Of a stretch of 64,000 bases of DNA, positions 8,691 to 17,908 are shown one piece after another. Source of the DNA: an uncultured virus (IMG/VR IMGVR_UViG_2855689977_000003) (lineage: Duplodnaviria; Heunggongvirae; Uroviricota; Caudoviricetes); IMG/VR virus record IMGVR_UViG_2855689977_000003. The stretch is one strand, 5' to 3'. The notes under the pieces are model-generated. The model had not been told where the DNA came from and did not search any database. It worked only from the letters and a program-made list of their open reading frames with translations. Made by a program: the position numbers and the translations under genes. How positions within the stretch are numbered: the stretch's first letter is position 1; every line of letters starts with the position of its first letter.

Positions 8691-9593
8691 GTGAGCTACC
8701 AGGCCGTGCAGTGGGCCCTCGACGACGCCCCCATGCTCCGGACCAAGTCCGGGCACCCCGACACGACCGCCCGCGGCGTCCTCATCGCCCGCGCCGAGCG
8801 AGCCGACGAGTTCGGCCGCGACACCCACGCCGCGATCACCGACGTCATCTGGCGCACCGGCTACGACGCCCGCACCATCCAGCGCGCCCAGGAACGCCTG
8901 GAGGCCGCCGGACTGCTGATCCCGGACGGCACCACCCGGTGGGGCACGCCCCGCTGGAACCTCGACATGACCAAGAAGCGCGACCCGGCCGAGATGGCTC
9001 AGTTAGAGGCCGACATCGATGAGAAGAGGGCGGCTGAGGCGGCCCGGGTGCGGGATTACCGGCGCAAGCAGAAGCGGCAGCGTACGGACGCAGAGTCAGT
9101 ACGTACGGGTTCGGTGTCAGTACGTACGGACGCAGACGACGTACGTACGGATTCTGGCGACGTACGTACGGACGCAGTGCCGCCCGAACCACCCGTGAAC
9201 CTCCCGGGAACCCCCCAAGAACCACCCCTGGAACCTCCCTCTGGGGGCACGCTGCCCCCAGACCCCCTGCGCCCCCAGTCGCCTACGGCTCCTGGGAACG
9301 GGATTGAAAGCTCACTCTCTGAGGACGGCGAGCAACCACCTCAGCCTGAGACCGCAACTTACGACCGCACGCGCGAAGCCGACCCCGCGCCGGCCCTCCG
9401 CCTGGTCCCCGGCAACCCCGACGCAACTCCCACCGAGAACCGGCCCAGCCTGTTCCCCGCCCCGGTGCCCAGCCAGCCTGGCAACCCGCTGCGCCGCCCC
9501 AACCGGGCCGCCCAGGCCATCGCTGAGGCCACCGCACGCCGCCAGGCAGCCCGCGACGCGTACCAAGCCCAGCGAGAGGCAGCAGGCGAATGA
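8691..9593 (+). CDS. Replication initiator (lambda O-like layout)
   Basis: N-terminal wHTH 'MSYQAVQWAL..RTIQRAQERLEAAGLL'; internal iteron array. Confidence 0.75.
   Translation: MSYQAVQWALDDAPMLRTKSGHPDTTARGVLIARAERADEFGRDTHAAITDVIWRTGYDARTIQRAQERLEAAGLLIPDGTTRWGTPRWNLDMTKKRDPAEMAQLEADIDEKRAAEAARVRDYRRKQKRQRTDAESVRTGSVSVRTDADDVRTDSGDVRTDAVPPEPPVNLPGTPQEPPLEPPSGGTLPPDPLRPQSPTAPGNGIESSLSEDGEQPPQPETATYDRTREADPAPALRLVPGNPDATPTENRPSLFPAPVPSQPGNPLRRPNRAAQAIAEATARRQAARDAYQAQREAAGE
9078..9178. repeat. 21-bp-period iterons (putative ori)
   Basis: GTACGTACGG at 9099, 9120, 9141 and 9162, plus a partial copy at 9078. Confidence 0.8.
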
Positions 9594-9797
9594 CCGCCCC
9601 GCACCGGCACCTCACGCCCGGCATGCGACGCGCCCGCGCCTCCGCCCAGGAAGCCATCCGCCGCGCCCAAGCCCACACCCCACCCCCACCCGCCACCGAC
9701 CCAGACGACCCCTGGAACGGCAGCTGGCCACCCAGCCCCCAAGCCTGGCGCACCCGCTGCCGCCAGATCCGCGAAGAGATCGAGGAGACCCGCCGCC

Positions 9798-11069
9798 ATG
9801 CCTGAACAGCCCACCGCCCCCCGCATCCGCGTCTTCGACCACGAGGACTCCGCCGCCGTCCGCGGCCTCCTCGACCAGATCGACCAGCAGCGCACCCGAG
9901 CCGAAGCAGCCGAGCAGGAACACGACCAGCTCCTCAAGCTCCTGCTCGCCGCAGCCCGAGCCCTCGGCATGCTCCCTGGCGACCGCATCGACTCCATCCC
10001 CGCCGTCGCCAGCCGCCTCCGTGCCGAGCTGGACCAGTGGCGTGCCACCTACGGCGAGAAAGCCCTCCGGGACGGCCTGGCCCACCACACCGAGCTGCAC
10101 ACCAAGCTCAACGCCACCGAGAACGACCTCCGCAGCCAGACCCGCGCCGTACGCGAGCTGACCGCCGAACGAGACCGAGCCCGCGCCGAACTGGACTGCA
10201 TGACCCGCGCCCGCGACGTCTTCGCCCTCCAGGTGAGCCAGGCATGCAGCGACCGCGACGCCGCACGAGACGCCGCCCACCGCCAGTTCAAGGCCAACCA
10301 GGCCGCCCGCGAACAGCACAACGCCGAATGGGCACACCTCCGCCACTTCCTCGCCCAGTACGACGACGACGTCCTGATCCGCATCCGCGACATCCGCCAG
10401 GCCCTCCACGACGGCCCCGGACTCGTCGACATCACCGACGACACGCCGCCCGCGCCGGGCCTCGGTTCCCCGCGTCGCGCGCAGGAGGCCTGGCCGCCAG
10501 CCGCCGAGACCGCCTGCCTGTGGCACCACACCTACGAGAAGCTGCGCCGTCCGTCCGGTTGGGTGCTGTGGTCGGACCTGCCGGAGGCAGACCGGGAGGC
10601 GCTGGTCGAGACCGCGTCGAAGCTGTACGCGTTCCTGGAGCGCCGGTGGCGGCGAGAGGCCAGCCGTGCTGAGGCCGAGCTGCCCGCCTGGGTGCTGACG
10701 CTGGTTGCCGGGCTCGTGAAGTACGAGGACGAGCACCCCAAGCTGTACCGGCACTGGGGTGTGGACGAGGTCAAGCCGTACCCGTGCCCGGGATCGCTGC
10801 TGGACCTGGTGCCCGCCGAGGTGCGCGGCACCGCCGGCCAGGTTGCCCGGTGCGCCCGTAACTGGCCCGACGACGGGTGCGGCGTCTGCTGGGCCTGCCG
10901 CTCCACCGACCCGGACGACTACTTCGCCACGGTCGTCCGCGCCGCCCTGGACTGGCGTACCGCCGTCGACGTGCCGCAGCCGGGTACGCCGCGCGCCGAC
11001 CTGGCTGCCGCCGTGGACGCGCTACTGGCGCTGCCGGCCTGCGCCGACCCGACGAAGGCGGAGGGCTGA
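9798..11069 (+). CDS. Mosaic coiled-coil hypothetical protein
   Basis: Long GC3-rich ORF with RBS; heptad-like N-terminal half. Confidence 0.65.
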   Translation: MPEQPTAPRIRVFDHEDSAAVRGLLDQIDQQRTRAEAAEQEHDQLLKLLLAAARALGMLPGDRIDSIPAVASRLRAELDQWRATYGEKALRDGLAHHTELHTKLNATENDLRSQTRAVRELTAERDRARAELDCMTRARDVFALQVSQACSDRDAARDAAHRQFKANQAAREQHNAEWAHLRHFLAQYDDDVLIRIRDIRQALHDGPGLVDITDDTPPAPGLGSPRRAQEAWPPAAETACLWHHTYEKLRRPSGWVLWSDLPEADREALVETASKLYAFLERRWRREASRAEAELPAWVLTLVAGLVKYEDEHPKLYRHWGVDEVKPYPCPGSLLDLVPAEVRGTAGQVARCARNWPDDGCGVCWACRSTDPDDYFATVVRAALDWRTAVDVPQPGTPRADLAAAVDALLALPACADPTKAEG

Positions 11070-11538
11070 CCGGTGGCCGCAACCCCGCACTCCACCCGCG
11101 TCTACATCGCCGTCGACCCCGTCCAGGACTACGAGGAGACCCTGACCATCCTCGGCGTGTACGGCTCCCTCGCTGCCGCTCAGGTCGCCGTGCGGCAGAT
11201 GCGCGCCCGCCCCGACGGCCTTTACCGGTGGTCGCCGGAGCGCGCCACCGAGGTGCAGGAGTGGGTTGGCGACGAGCACCGCACCACATGGAGCTTCCAC
11301 CCGGCCAGCGGGTGGAAGGGGCCGGTTGTCACCGTCGAGCCGTCCGGGGCGTACCTGTGATCCGCCGCCTCCTGCTCGCCGCCAGCGCCGCCTACGTGAC
11401 CCTCGCCGCCGCCATCCTCGGCCTCTCCGCCGCCCTCGACATCCACTGGGACCCACAGATGGCCGTCGTCGAAGCGGTCGCCGCGGTGTTCCTCGGCCAG
11501 TACCTGCTCGTCGCCTACCTGCTCACCCGGAGGCCCCG

Positions 11539-11850
11539 ATGAGCGTTTACGTCGACAACGCCCGCATCCCCGCCCGGGTCAACCGGATCAACGGCCGCTG
11601 GTCCCACCTGACCGCTGACACCGTGGAGGAGCTGAACGCCTTCGCTGCCCGGCTCGGTCTGCGGCCTGAGTGGTTCCAGACCTGCAAGCGGAAGTGCCAC
11701 AGCACCATGCCGTGCGTCCACTGGCACTACGACGTAACCGACTCCAAGCGCACCGAAGCCATCGCCGCCGGCGCGCAGCCGATCGACCTCCGGACGTGGG
11801 CTGAGATCACCAAGGCTCGCCGCGAAGCTGCCGCCCGCACCACCGCCTGA
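11539..11850 (+). CDS. DUF4031-family protein
   Basis: 'VYVD..WSHLTADTVEELNAFAARLGL..WFQ..HYDVT..AIAAGA'. Confidence 0.8.
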   Translation: MSVYVDNARIPARVNRINGRWSHLTADTVEELNAFAARLGLRPEWFQTCKRKCHSTMPCVHWHYDVTDSKRTEAIAAGAQPIDLRTWAEITKARREAAARTTA

Positions 11851-11859
11851 GGAGCCCCG

Positions 11860-12111
11860 ATGATCGACCCCGACACCGAGCTACTCACCCGCGGCCAAGT
11901 CGCCACCCTCATCGGCCGCGACCGGCGCCGCGTCCCCGACTGGTGCGCCGCCCGCGGCATCCCCCGATACCGCGACCCCAACGACCCGCACCGCCGCTGG
12001 CTGTACCCAGCCGCCCCGATCCGCGCCGTCCTCGCCGTCGAGCGTCGGCCGCGCCCCGTACCGGAGGTCATCCGCCTCCACCGCTTCATCCGCCGAGCCC
12101 TGATCGCCTGA
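11860..12111 (+). CDS. MerR/excisionase-like HTH protein
   Basis: 'LLTRGQVATLIGRDRRRVPDW'. Confidence 0.6.
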   Translation: MIDPDTELLTRGQVATLIGRDRRRVPDWCAARGIPRYRDPNDPHRRWLYPAAPIRAVLAVERRPRPVPEVIRLHRFIRRALIA

Positions 12112-12125
12112 GGAGCACCACCAAC

Positions 12126-12815
12126 GTGAGCCCGCACCACCTCCACGCCCTGGCCGCCGCCTGGTCCCTCCGGGCGGCCCGGGAACGCCTCGCCGAGCTG
12201 GCCCGCGAGGAAGCCGCCCGCAACGTCTGGGCCGAGCAGTTGCCCGCCGCCCCGATCCTCCGCGCCCCCACCTACGGCAGCCGCCACGCCACCGGCAGCC
12301 ACGCCGACCCCGTCAGCGCCACCCTCACGACCGAAGAGCCGCCCGCCCGGAACATCACCTGGCGCACCCGCCAAGAGACCGCCCACCATCGTCTCGACGG
12401 CATCGCCCGCATGTTCGGCATCCCGCAGACCGGCGGGCTCGCCCGGATCCGCGACGCCATCCCGCAGATGCTGCCCGGCACGGCGCGGCTCATGGCCAAG
12501 CACCTCCAGGACGAAGACGCGCTGATCCGTAGCCGTGACTGGCTCGACCTGCCGCCTGACCGGGAGCCGTTGCCCGGGATCGCCTGCCCGGCGTGCGATC
12601 ACCGGACGCTGTACGTCCAGCAGGCCGGCCCGCAGGAGGCGTGGACCGTCGTGTGTGCCCGGACGGACAACCCGTGCCTGTGCGTCGGCCAGGGCTGCCC
12701 GTGCGGGATGGACGGGGCGGTCGAGGGAGTGGCGCACATCTGGCTCCGGCACGTCGTCCTCGGCGCGGTCGCGGGGGCCGCACCGACCCAACCCACGGAA
12801 GGAACCGCCGCATGA
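12126..12815 (+). CDS. Conserved phage protein with C-terminal Cys-rich zinc-finger-like region
   Basis: CPAC..VVC..CLCVGQGCPCGM..GVAHIW; homologue at 58132-58800. Confidence 0.7.
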   Translation: MSPHHLHALAAAWSLRAARERLAELAREEAARNVWAEQLPAAPILRAPTYGSRHATGSHADPVSATLTTEEPPARNITWRTRQETAHHRLDGIARMFGIPQTGGLARIRDAIPQMLPGTARLMAKHLQDEDALIRSRDWLDLPPDREPLPGIACPACDHRTLYVQQAGPQEAWTVVCARTDNPCLCVGQGCPCGMDGAVEGVAHIWLRHVVLGAVAGAAPTQPTEGTAA

Positions 12816-13123
12816 CGAAGCGCATCTCACCCGGCCCGCTGTCCAGCCAGGTGGCGCGATCGGTCGCCCGCCTGCGCAAGCAGAAGGGCATGACGTACAC
12901 CGAGCTGGTCAAGCGGCTCGCCGACGTCGGCCGTCCGATTCCCATTCTCGGGCTCCGACGGCTGGAGGACGGAGATCGCCGCCTGGACGCTGACGACATG
13001 GCCGCGCTCGCCCGCGTCTTCGGCGTCGAGCCCTGGAGCCTCACCGAACCGGCGCACTGTGACGCCTGCCTCGGATCCCCGCCCGCTGGATTCACCTGCA
13101 ACGAGTGCGGCGCGAGCCGCTGA
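12812..13123 (+). CDS. XRE-family regulator with C-terminal CxxC..CxxC
   Basis: 'LRKQKGMTYTELVKRL..LRRLEDGDRRLDADDMAALARVFGV'. Confidence 0.8.
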   Translation: MTKRISPGPLSSQVARSVARLRKQKGMTYTELVKRLADVGRPIPILGLRRLEDGDRRLDADDMAALARVFGVEPWSLTEPAHCDACLGSPPAGFTCNECGASR

Positions 13124-13138
13124 CCGAAGGAGAGCACC

Positions 13139-13426
13139 ATGCTGAGCACCTTCCGCAAGAAGCCCGTCGAGATCCAGGCCATGCAGTGGACCGGCGAGAA
13201 CTCCGGCGACCTCTACCGCTTCGCGGCAGGCCACTTCGCCGTGATGGACGAGCAGGACCGCGCCAACAGCGACGATCCCGAGGCGACCGCGCAGATCTTT
13301 GACGTGCTGCACTCCACCTGGGTGCTGGTCTACACCGGCGACTGGATCATCCGAGGCGTGAAGGGCGAGATGTACCCGTGCCGCCCCGACGTCTTCGAGG
13401 CGACCTATGAGCCGGTCGCGGGCTAA
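13139..13426 (+). CDS. Conserved phage protein (KKPVEIQAMQWTG..GDWIIRG..YPCRPDVFEATYE family)
   Basis: Recognisable motif family; near-identical copy at 56688-56981. Confidence 0.85.
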   Translation: MLSTFRKKPVEIQAMQWTGENSGDLYRFAAGHFAVMDEQDRANSDDPEATAQIFDVLHSTWVLVYTGDWIIRGVKGEMYPCRPDVFEATYEPVAG

Positions 13427-13493
13427 CTGCCGGTGGCCCGTGGCGTGAATCCACCTCGCGTCACGGGCCGCCTGCCGACCTATCCTCGGACCC

Positions 13494-13751
13494 ATGCAAC
13501 CCGACCCCGAACTCGTCGAGCAGTACCGCCAGCGCATCGCCGAACAGCCGAAGGTAGCCCGCAGCGCATACGCCATGGGCTACCTCGCTGCGACCATCCG
13601 CGAGTTAGCCCAGGCCCACGAGCGCAACTGCGCGAGCTGCTCGACCTGCGTCCACCTCCGCGAGATGCTCGCCTTCATCTTCGCGTTCGAGCTGAACGAA
13701 GCGCCGCCGGACTTCCTCCGGAAGATCCACGGAATAGGCGACGACGACTGA
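13494..13751 (+). CDS. Leaderless hypothetical protein (CxxCxxC)
   Basis: TATCCT 7 nt before ATG. Confidence 0.6.
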   Translation: MQPDPELVEQYRQRIAEQPKVARSAYAMGYLAATIRELAQAHERNCASCSTCVHLREMLAFIFAFELNEAPPDFLRKIHGIGDDD

Positions 13752-13883
13752 TTGGCACCGCCCAAGGGCAACCATTCACAGCCAGCACTCAGGTAACGCG
13801 CCCAAGAATGACACTTATGGTGTAACGAGGCTGGTAGCAGCCTAGGACGCTACGGATTCGCCTCCGTGAGGGAGAATCGAGCC

Positions 13884-14174
13884 ATGGCCGAACCGATCCG
13901 GGTCCTAGCCGGCGAACCCAACCCGCTTACCCCCGCCGAGATGCTCGACGCAGGAATCCCGCAGGGCGCCGTGGTCACCGCCGATCGGGTCAACGCCGCG
14001 CTCGACCGGATCCGCGCGGCTGGCGGCGGACAACTGCCACCTCACCTTCAGGCCAAGCTCGACCAGCTCGCTGCCGCCCGCGCCGGTCGCCAGAGCCGCA
14101 TCCGCGACATGATCCCCGCCGAGGACGGCGGACCCTTCGCCGAGTACGAGCCTGGCCCCTGGCGGCCCGAGTGA
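13884..14174 (+). CDS. Hypothetical protein
   Basis: GC3-rich ORF coupled to 14171. Confidence 0.55.
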   Translation: MAEPIRVLAGEPNPLTPAEMLDAGIPQGAVVTADRVNAALDRIRAAGGGQLPPHLQAKLDQLAAARAGRQSRIRDMIPAEDGGPFAEYEPGPWRPE

Positions 14175-14527
14175 TTTGCCGCCACTGCCGGTCCAGGCTC
14201 GACGCCGCCGGCCGCTGCCTCGGCGACGTACCCCTGATCTGGCTGCGCGGCCACTACTGGGGCACCGCCGCGCAGATCGCCCACACCCGCGGCTCGGACA
14301 TCACCGCCGACCGGGTACGCGACTGGGCCCGCCGCTCCCGCCAGCCCGGCGACACGCTCCACGGCCTACTCCCCGGCCATCACCTGCCGGGACGGGGCCG
14401 TGGCACCACCTGGTACCGGGACGACCAGGCCGCCACCGTCGAGGCCATCACCCGTAAGACCGTCGAGGAGCAGGGTGGGCCAGCGCGACGCGGCACACAG
14501 CGCGCCGAGTTGACGCCGGCCGCCTGA
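14171..14527 (+). CDS. HTH protein, candidate late-gene regulator
   Basis: 'GTAAQIAHTRGSDITADRVRDWARR'; last gene before the late leader; positional analogue at 59978-60229. Confidence 0.55.
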   Translation: MICRHCRSRLDAAGRCLGDVPLIWLRGHYWGTAAQIAHTRGSDITADRVRDWARRSRQPGDTLHGLLPGHHLPGRGRGTTWYRDDQAATVEAITRKTVEEQGGPARRGTQRAELTPAA

Positions 14528-14576
14528 CCGAGCGAAGATCGCATCACACATTCACCGACAGGCGGAGTGTGTCCAC

Positions 14577-14608
14577 AGCCCGTAGAGCCACAGCTCTCGG
14601 GCTTTTTT
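14577..14608 (+). terminator. Intrinsic terminator in the late leader
   Basis: AGCCCG.AGAGC-caca-GCTCT.CGGGCT followed by a T run. Confidence 0.75.
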
Positions 14609-14693
14609 GCGTCCTGGCCGCTGACACAACCGGGGGGTATCAGCGGCCAGGCACCCCCGGAGGTCCTGACCCCCGCGGACGACGGGAGATCCC

Positions 14694-15434
14694 GTGCCGC
14701 ACTGGACCCTGCACGAAGGCGACGCGCTCGCCATCCTGCCCACTCTGCCCGATGACCACGTCGACCTGGTCCTAACGGACCCGCCCTACAACTCGGGCGG
14801 CCGGACCCAGTCCGACCGGACGAAGGTCACCGCCCGGGACAAATACGTGTCCGGCGACGCCGCCCACCAGCTCGCCGACTTCGCCGGCGACAACCGCGAC
14901 CAGCGCGGCTACACCGCCTGGCTCGCGCTGATTCTCGCCGAGTGCCTGCGCGCGTCCCGGCCTGGGGCGAGCCTGCTGGTCTTCACCGACTGGCGGCAAC
15001 TACCCGCCACATCCGACGCCCTGCAGGCCGGTGGCTGGTTGTGGCGCGGCATCATCCCGTGGCACAAGCCGATCAGCCGCCCGCGCGTCGGTGGCTTCAA
15101 GGCCGAGTGCGAGTACCTGCTCTGGGGATCGAACGGGCCGGTCGACGCCACCCGCAACCCGGTCTACCTGCCCGGGCTCTACAGCGCGAGCCAGCCGAGA
15201 GGCAAGTCGCGCAAGCACATCACCCAGAAGCCCGTCGACCTGCTCAGTGATCTGATCAAGGTCTGTCCGCCCGGCGGAGTCGTTCTTGACCCCTTTGCGG
15301 GGTCCGGGTCGACCGGCGTGGCCGCGATCGAGTCTGGCTACTCGTTCGTCGGTGTTGAGATGACGGCTCACTATGCGGCGACAGCGAGAGATCGCCTGGC
15401 TGAGGCGGAGGCGTTGCGGTTCTCCGCTTCCTGA
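14694..15434 (+). CDS. Orphan N6A/N4C DNA methyltransferase (beta class)
   Basis: TDPPY, HITQKP and VLDPFAGSGSTG in beta-class order. Confidence 0.93.
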   Translation: MPHWTLHEGDALAILPTLPDDHVDLVLTDPPYNSGGRTQSDRTKVTARDKYVSGDAAHQLADFAGDNRDQRGYTAWLALILAECLRASRPGASLLVFTDWRQLPATSDALQAGGWLWRGIIPWHKPISRPRVGGFKAECEYLLWGSNGPVDATRNPVYLPGLYSASQPRGKSRKHITQKPVDLLSDLIKVCPPGGVVLDPFAGSGSTGVAAIESGYSFVGVEMTAHYAATARDRLAEAEALRFSAS

Positions 15435-15498
15435 GGGCCTTGCGGGGCGGGGGATGGCGGGCAGGCTGCTGTGGTGGCCGGCCTGCCCGCACACCCCA

Positions 15499-15687
15499 CT
15501 ACTCGACGACGGCGCTCAGCCACTTGCCCGGCGCGTAGATCGCAACCGTCTTCAGCGGCCCGGTCTTCTTGACGTGAAGGTGTCCGTCCGCCACGTCGAT
15601 CGTGTTGGCACCGTCGTGCCTGACCTCGTTGACCGTCGTGTTCACGGGGACCTTGACCGTGACGCCCTTCGGCGTGCTCTCACTCAT
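15499..15687 (-). CDS. Small antisense moron (62 aa)
   Basis: TACGGT 7 nt before ATG; GC3-rich on the minus strand. Confidence 0.6.
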   Translation of the reverse strand: MSESTPKGVTVKVPVNTTVNEVRHDGANTIDVADGHLHVKKTGPLKTVAIYAPGKWLSAVVE

Positions 15688-15763
15688 GGCATCGACCGTA
15701 GCGGGCTGAACCGACACGCCCGCCCCCCGACCTGGCGAGGTGAGCCGCCTGTGAGGTGACCGC

Positions 15764-16249
15764 ATGGGCATGGCCCCCTTCACCGAGGACGAGCGGCGCC
15801 TCGTCGCCGAGCTGCACGCCGAAGGCAAGGGCCGCAACGCGATCTCCCGCGAGACCGGCATCCACCAGAAGCGCGTCTCCGCCATCGCCGCAGAACTGGG
15901 CCTGTCCTTCCAGCGCGGTGGTGCCCGGACCGCGGCCGCCACCGAGGCACGCAAGGCCGACGCCGCCACCCGCCGGGCACGCATCGAGGAGCAGGCCCTG
16001 GTCGCTGCCGAGAAGCTGCTTGGCCAGATGTTCTCCGAAGCCAAGGTCTTCAACTTCGGTGGCAAGGAGAACGACTACAACGAGCAGACGCACCCCGAGC
16101 CGCCGTTCGCCGACAAGCGGGCCATCGCCACCAGCGTCCAGGCGCTCCTGCAGACCGCGCTGAAGATCTCCGAGCACGACCGGGCCGACGTCGCCACCTC
16201 GGGCGTGGACGCCTGGCTGGAGCACATGACCGAAGACGGCGACGACTGA
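15764..16249 (+). CDS. terS: Terminase small subunit (HTH)
   Basis: N-terminal HTH; coupled to TerL. Confidence 0.75.
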   Translation: MGMAPFTEDERRLVAELHAEGKGRNAISRETGIHQKRVSAIAAELGLSFQRGGARTAAATEARKADAATRRARIEEQALVAAEKLLGQMFSEAKVFNFGGKENDYNEQTHPEPPFADKRAIATSVQALLQTALKISEHDRADVATSGVDAWLEHMTEDGDD

Positions 16250-17547
16250 TGACGTACAAGCCCCTGACCGGGAAGGCCAAGCAGTCGGTCAGGCTGTCCA
16301 CGGCCCGGTTCAACATCTGGGAGGGCGCGGTCCGGAGCAGCAAGACCGTGGCCTCGATCCTGCGGTGGCAGAAGTACGCCAGGCAGGGCCCGGGCGGCAA
16401 CCTCGCCATGATCGGCAAGACGGAGCGGTCGCTGAAGCGCAACGTCATCGACCCGATCATCGAGATGGTCGGCACCAAGCGCTGCCGCTACCTCGCCGGA
16501 GCCGGCGAGCTGCACCTGTTCGGCCGCCGCATCTACACCGCCGGAGCCAACGACGCTCGCGCCGTCGAGAAGATCCAAGGCCTCACCCTGGCCGGCGCGT
16601 ACGGCGACGAGATCGCCACCTGGCCGGAGCCGTTCTGGGACATGCTCGGCACCCGCCTCAGCGTCCCGGGCGCCCAGTTCTTCGGGACCTGCAACCCGGC
16701 CGGCCCCGTCCACTGGCTCAAGCGGAACTGGCTCGACCGGTCCGCCCTCTGGGTCGGCCACGACGGGACCATCTCGACCGGCCACGCCTCAGACCCGGTC
16801 GACCTCCACCGGTTCAGCTTCACTCTCGACGACAACCCGCACCTCTCCCCGGACTTCGTCGAGTCTCTGAAGCGGCAGTACGTGGGCCTGTTCTTCAAGC
16901 GGTACATCCAAGGCCTGTGGGTGCCCGCCGAGGGCGCCATCTACGACATGTTCGACGAGGACCGCCACGTCGTCCCCGACCTGCCGGTCATTACCCGGTG
17001 GATCTCCATGGGGATCGACCACGGCACCCGCAACCCGCTGCACGCCGTCGTCGTCGGCCTGGGCGTCGACCGGAAGCTCCACATCACCCGCGAGTGGCGC
17101 TGGGACTCCGCGCAGAAGCGCCGCCAGCTGTCCGACGCCGAATACTCGAGGGAACTGCGGCAGTGGCTGACCACCGTGCCAATACCCACCACCAACCTGA
17201 CCGGCGTCAGCCCGGAGCGGATCGTCGTCGACCCCTCGGCGACCGGCTTCCGCGTCCAGCTGCACCACGACGGCATGCCGAGCATGGTCGCCGACAACGA
17301 GGTCCTACCCGGCATCCGCACCCTCTCCTCGCTGTACGCCCTGAACCTGCTCGACATCCACGAGTCCTGCCCCGAGCTGATCCGGGAAACCCTCGGCTAC
17401 TGCTGGGACGACAAGGCCGCGGAGAAGGGCGAGGACAAGCCCCTCAAGGTCGCCGACCACGGACCCGACGCGAAGCGGTACGCCGTCCACTCGACCCGCA
17501 GCATGTGGCGCCCGACGCTGCGCGCTGACCTCCACATCGCCGCCTGA
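16249..17547 (+). CDS. terL: PBSX-type terminase large subunit
   Basis: EGAVRSSKT, YGDE, TCNP, LDDNPHL, GIDHG, VDPSA and DHGPDA motifs. Confidence 0.93.
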   Translation: MTYKPLTGKAKQSVRLSTARFNIWEGAVRSSKTVASILRWQKYARQGPGGNLAMIGKTERSLKRNVIDPIIEMVGTKRCRYLAGAGELHLFGRRIYTAGANDARAVEKIQGLTLAGAYGDEIATWPEPFWDMLGTRLSVPGAQFFGTCNPAGPVHWLKRNWLDRSALWVGHDGTISTGHASDPVDLHRFSFTLDDNPHLSPDFVESLKRQYVGLFFKRYIQGLWVPAEGAIYDMFDEDRHVVPDLPVITRWISMGIDHGTRNPLHAVVVGLGVDRKLHITREWRWDSAQKRRQLSDAEYSRELRQWLTTVPIPTTNLTGVSPERIVVDPSATGFRVQLHHDGMPSMVADNEVLPGIRTLSSLYALNLLDIHESCPELIRETLGYCWDDKAAEKGEDKPLKVADHGPDAKRYAVHSTRSMWRPTLRADLHIAA

Positions 17548-17561
17548 CGAAGGAGAACGCC

Positions 17562-17867
17562 ATGCAGCCCACCATCGGCCGCATCGTCCACTACACCCTC
17601 ACCGAGCAGGACGCCGAGCAGATCAACCGGCGACGCCAGGACTTCGCCAACCGCCCGGGCGGGCCGGGTCACGAGGGATTCCAGGCCCACGTCGGCAACC
17701 GCGCCGAGGCCGGGCAGACGTTCCCGGCCGAGGTGGTTCGCACCTTCGGCGGCAGCGCCGTCAACCTCCAGGTACGGCTCGACGGCACCGACACCTACTG
17801 GGCGACGTCCCGGTCCGAGGGCGAGCCCGGCGAGCAGGGCCACTGGATCTGGCCGCCGCGAGTCTGA
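17562..17867 (+). CDS. Conserved small phage protein
   Basis: 'PTIGRIVHY..VNLQV..W.WPPRV'; RBS AAGGAG. Confidence 0.75.
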   Translation: MQPTIGRIVHYTLTEQDAEQINRRRQDFANRPGGPGHEGFQAHVGNRAEAGQTFPAEVVRTFGGSAVNLQVRLDGTDTYWATSRSEGEPGEQGHWIWPPRV

Positions 17868-17908
17868 CCCCAACCACCTGACCGGACAGCCCGAAGGAGG
17901 GCAGACCG

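Noticed and set aside
14694..15434. Restriction-modification system
   Set aside because: No adjacent endonuclease; orphan methyltransferases are common in temperate phages.
16321..16350. Inactive terminase because Walker A reads SSKT
   Set aside because: Lys-Thr and all other motifs are intact; a single Gly-to-Ser change is not sufficient evidence.
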